Positions 61,992-64,000 of a DNA stretch of 64,000 bases are shown here, in pieces. The DNA is from Psammoneis japonica (Eukaryota). The notes beneath the pieces were generated by a model that was not told the DNA's origin, searched no databases, and was given only the letters and a program-made list of their open reading frames with translations. The stretch lies in NCBI GenBank assembly GCA_008632985.1, contig QPGO01000035.1, positions 421,899 through 485,898 on the forward strand. The letters are read 5' to 3'. Made by a program: the position numbers and the translations under genes. Every line of letters begins with the position of its first letter. Positions within the stretch are counted from its first letter, which is position 1.

Positions 61992-62765
61992 CTAGGGTGG
62001 TAGGGTACCGGTATAAAAAGTGAGCTCTGTGTTCTTTTCCGGTTCACATGGAGGAGCAGGTGCTAGCGTTTGCGTCTCTTCGATTGGTACGCCTCCACTG
62101 GATCCTGCTCCGCCACTTGAACCGGACTCTTCGATTGGTACGCCTCCACTGGATCCTGCTCCGCCACTTGAGCCACTCTCTTCAATTGGTACGCCTCCAC
62201 TGGATCCTGCTCCGCCGCTTGAACCAGACTCTTCGATTGGTACGCCCCCACTGGATCCTGCTCCGCCACTTGAACCACTCTCTTCGATTGGCACGCCTCC
62301 ACTGGATCCTGCTCCGCCACTTGAACCAGTGGATCCAGTGGTTCCTGCACCACTTGAACCAGTTGCAGTGGATGCCGCACCGCTTGAACCAGGGCTAGTT
62401 GCACCTTCTTGAACACTGCTTCCACTGGCTGCGCCACTTGTACCAGCTGTAGTACCACTTGAACCAGTTGTAACGGATGCTGAGCCACTTGAACCAGTGC
62501 TAGTTGCAGCTTCTTGAACACTGCTTCCACTGGGTGCGCCACTTGAACTGCTAGTTGCAGCTTCTTGAACACCACTGGATCCCGATCCTGAACCACTACC
62601 GTTTCCACCGGAATCCGCACCGCCCGATGTAACTGCTGAGCTTCTAGAAGTACAGTCTGTACCGGAAAGCTGGCGGCCGCGAAGACCATGTCTCCGAGCA
62701 CATCCATCTTGACCGAGAGCAACTCCCAGCGACGCAAACAACAAACCAAGTTGAAAGAACTTCAT
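61992..62765 (-). CDS. Secreted Ser/Gly-rich RxL protein with 17-aa repeats (paralog of 43817-44119)
   Basis: MKFFQLGLLFASLGVALG...RHGLRGRQL; GSSGGAGSSGGVPIEE x5; LAPAPPC tail shared with the paralog. Confidence 0.85.
   Translation of the reverse strand: MKFFQLGLLFASLGVALGQDGCARRHGLRGRQLSGTDCTSRSSAVTSGGADSGGNGSGSGSGSSGVQEAATSSSSGAPSGSSVQEAATSTGSSGSASVTTGSSGTTAGTSGAASGSSVQEGATSPGSSGAASTATGSSGAGTTGSTGSSGGAGSSGGVPIEESGSSGGAGSSGGVPIEESGSSGGAGSSGGVPIEESGSSGGAGSSGGVPIEESGSSGGAGSSGGVPIEETQTLAPAPPCEPEKNTELTFYTGTLPP
62081..62335. repeat. Coding tandem repeat, 5 x 51 bp
   Basis: cgattggtacgcctccactggatcctgctccgccacttga recurs every 51 bp. Confidence 0.95.
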
Positions 62766-63547
62766 CGTGTGATCGATCTTGCCTTGTGCCGAATGTGTTT
62801 TCTGTTTTATTATGAGAAGCCGGAGAAGAGGAGATGGAAGTAGTCGTATTGGTTTATGTTGTTGATTGCTTTCAGGAATCGGACGCGGGATGCTGACACG
62901 AAGAACACAATCGAATCTTCTTTTTGAGTTCACAAGTTTCAAATTTGATACTGATCAAACGGATCCCAAGAACGGAATCTTACTTCACCATGTTTGTCAG
63001 GATTGCCGATTACTATTGTAGAAAGAGTTGAAATATGAGAACCTTGTGAGATTTCTTTTCAGGGTTCCTGTCGTGGCAAAATGTTCTGCTCTTGTTGCAT
63101 TTATACTATCTTTGGGCTACGAATGAGATATTAAAAGTTTATCACATATAATGCACCCAAATGCGTTTGGACATATTCAGATACATATACCTAGTAAATG
63201 AACGATTTTTGGTGGGAAACTCTTATGACATTCTTCATCTCTTTAGCATTATCAAACATAATCACCATCGTAGAGTTCTACACGATATGCGGGTTTTTGT
63301 AGGTAAGTTTAAAAGACCGATTATGCGTGGTGTACAGAATTTGACATTAGACTATTTGACAACCAAACCAAATTTTATATCGTAAACGACAATGACACAA
63401 GATAAAAATATACGAGCCGTTGCAAAAAACACGGGTTGCTCTTACGAGAACAGAACACGAGACAAAAAAAGACGCGTGCGAGACATCGAAATTCGAGGCT
63501 CTGCCGCAACTGCAACCTGTTGTCAAGATGGCACAATGATGCTTAGA

Positions 63548-64000
63548 TTGAATTTGATTGAGCTCTTGCCAAGTTTTTTAGCATGTCAATCCACTGCAAG
63601 CATCTTCTTCTTGATTGCTGCTTTGTGAGCAAATCCCCCTGATGGCAGCCAGTGCAAGAGCAACAAAGAGTGCCAACTCTCTCTTTTTGCATCTAGAGCA
63701 AGGCTCTTTAATCTCTTGTTGTGAACAACCTCAATTGCAGTGCAGATGCATTCCAGCTCTGGAGGTGTTCCCTTGGTTGTGACAGAGCACACAGCAGTGC
63801 ACACACAGAACGTGTCAAAAATCACCTCTGCCAGTCTCCAACAACACGCGAGCACTTTTTTTTGTGCTTGGGTTGAATTTGATGGAGCTCTTGCCAAGTT
63901 TTTTAGCATGTCAATCCACTGCAAGCATCTTCTTCTTGATTGCTGCTTTGTGAGCAAATCTCCCTGATGGCAGCCAGTGCAAGAGCAACAAAGAGTGCCA
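63548..64000. repeat. Direct repeat with 325-bp period inside a TpA/CpG-depleted tract running off the window
   Basis: 63548-63676 is near-identical to 63873-64000. Confidence 0.9.

Larger units (their letters stand above)
61119..63100. repeat. Segmental duplication, copy B
   Basis: Colinear with 42968-44452 and longer because of coding-repeat expansion. Confidence 0.93.

Overview
Eukaryotic nuclear DNA, most likely from a diatom (inferred from ~90-125 bp GT-AG introns, RxL-type secreted proteins, CoDi-like Copia and CRE-like retroelements). The gene-dense parts carry mitochondrial EF-Ts, an SDR, an ionotropic glutamate receptor-like channel, a large Cys-repeat/Lys-Gly secreted protein, an LDH-family enzyme, a cytochrome b5-fused desaturase, a Nup188-like giant protein, a bactofilin-domain protein, a HAD nucleotidase, a UBL-PUB-UIM protein and a duplicated pair of Ser/Gly-rich secreted proteins. 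Four sharply bounded tracts (~15.27-17.33, 29.08-30.8, 44.62-61.27 and 63.55-64 kb) have lost nearly all TpA as well as most CpG. They hold relics of CRE, two Copia families and a PIF1/Helitron-like element. The surviving TpA sites point to a TAY->TGY (A>G) hypermutation of repeats, which is the opposite of fungal RIP. The other main candidate is a probably plastid-targeted bactofilin with seven TD(D/E/S)(F/L)GNPL motifs. Scattered single-base frameshifts in host genes probably reflect assembly indels. All counts are by eye, and family calls rest on motif recognition without database searches.
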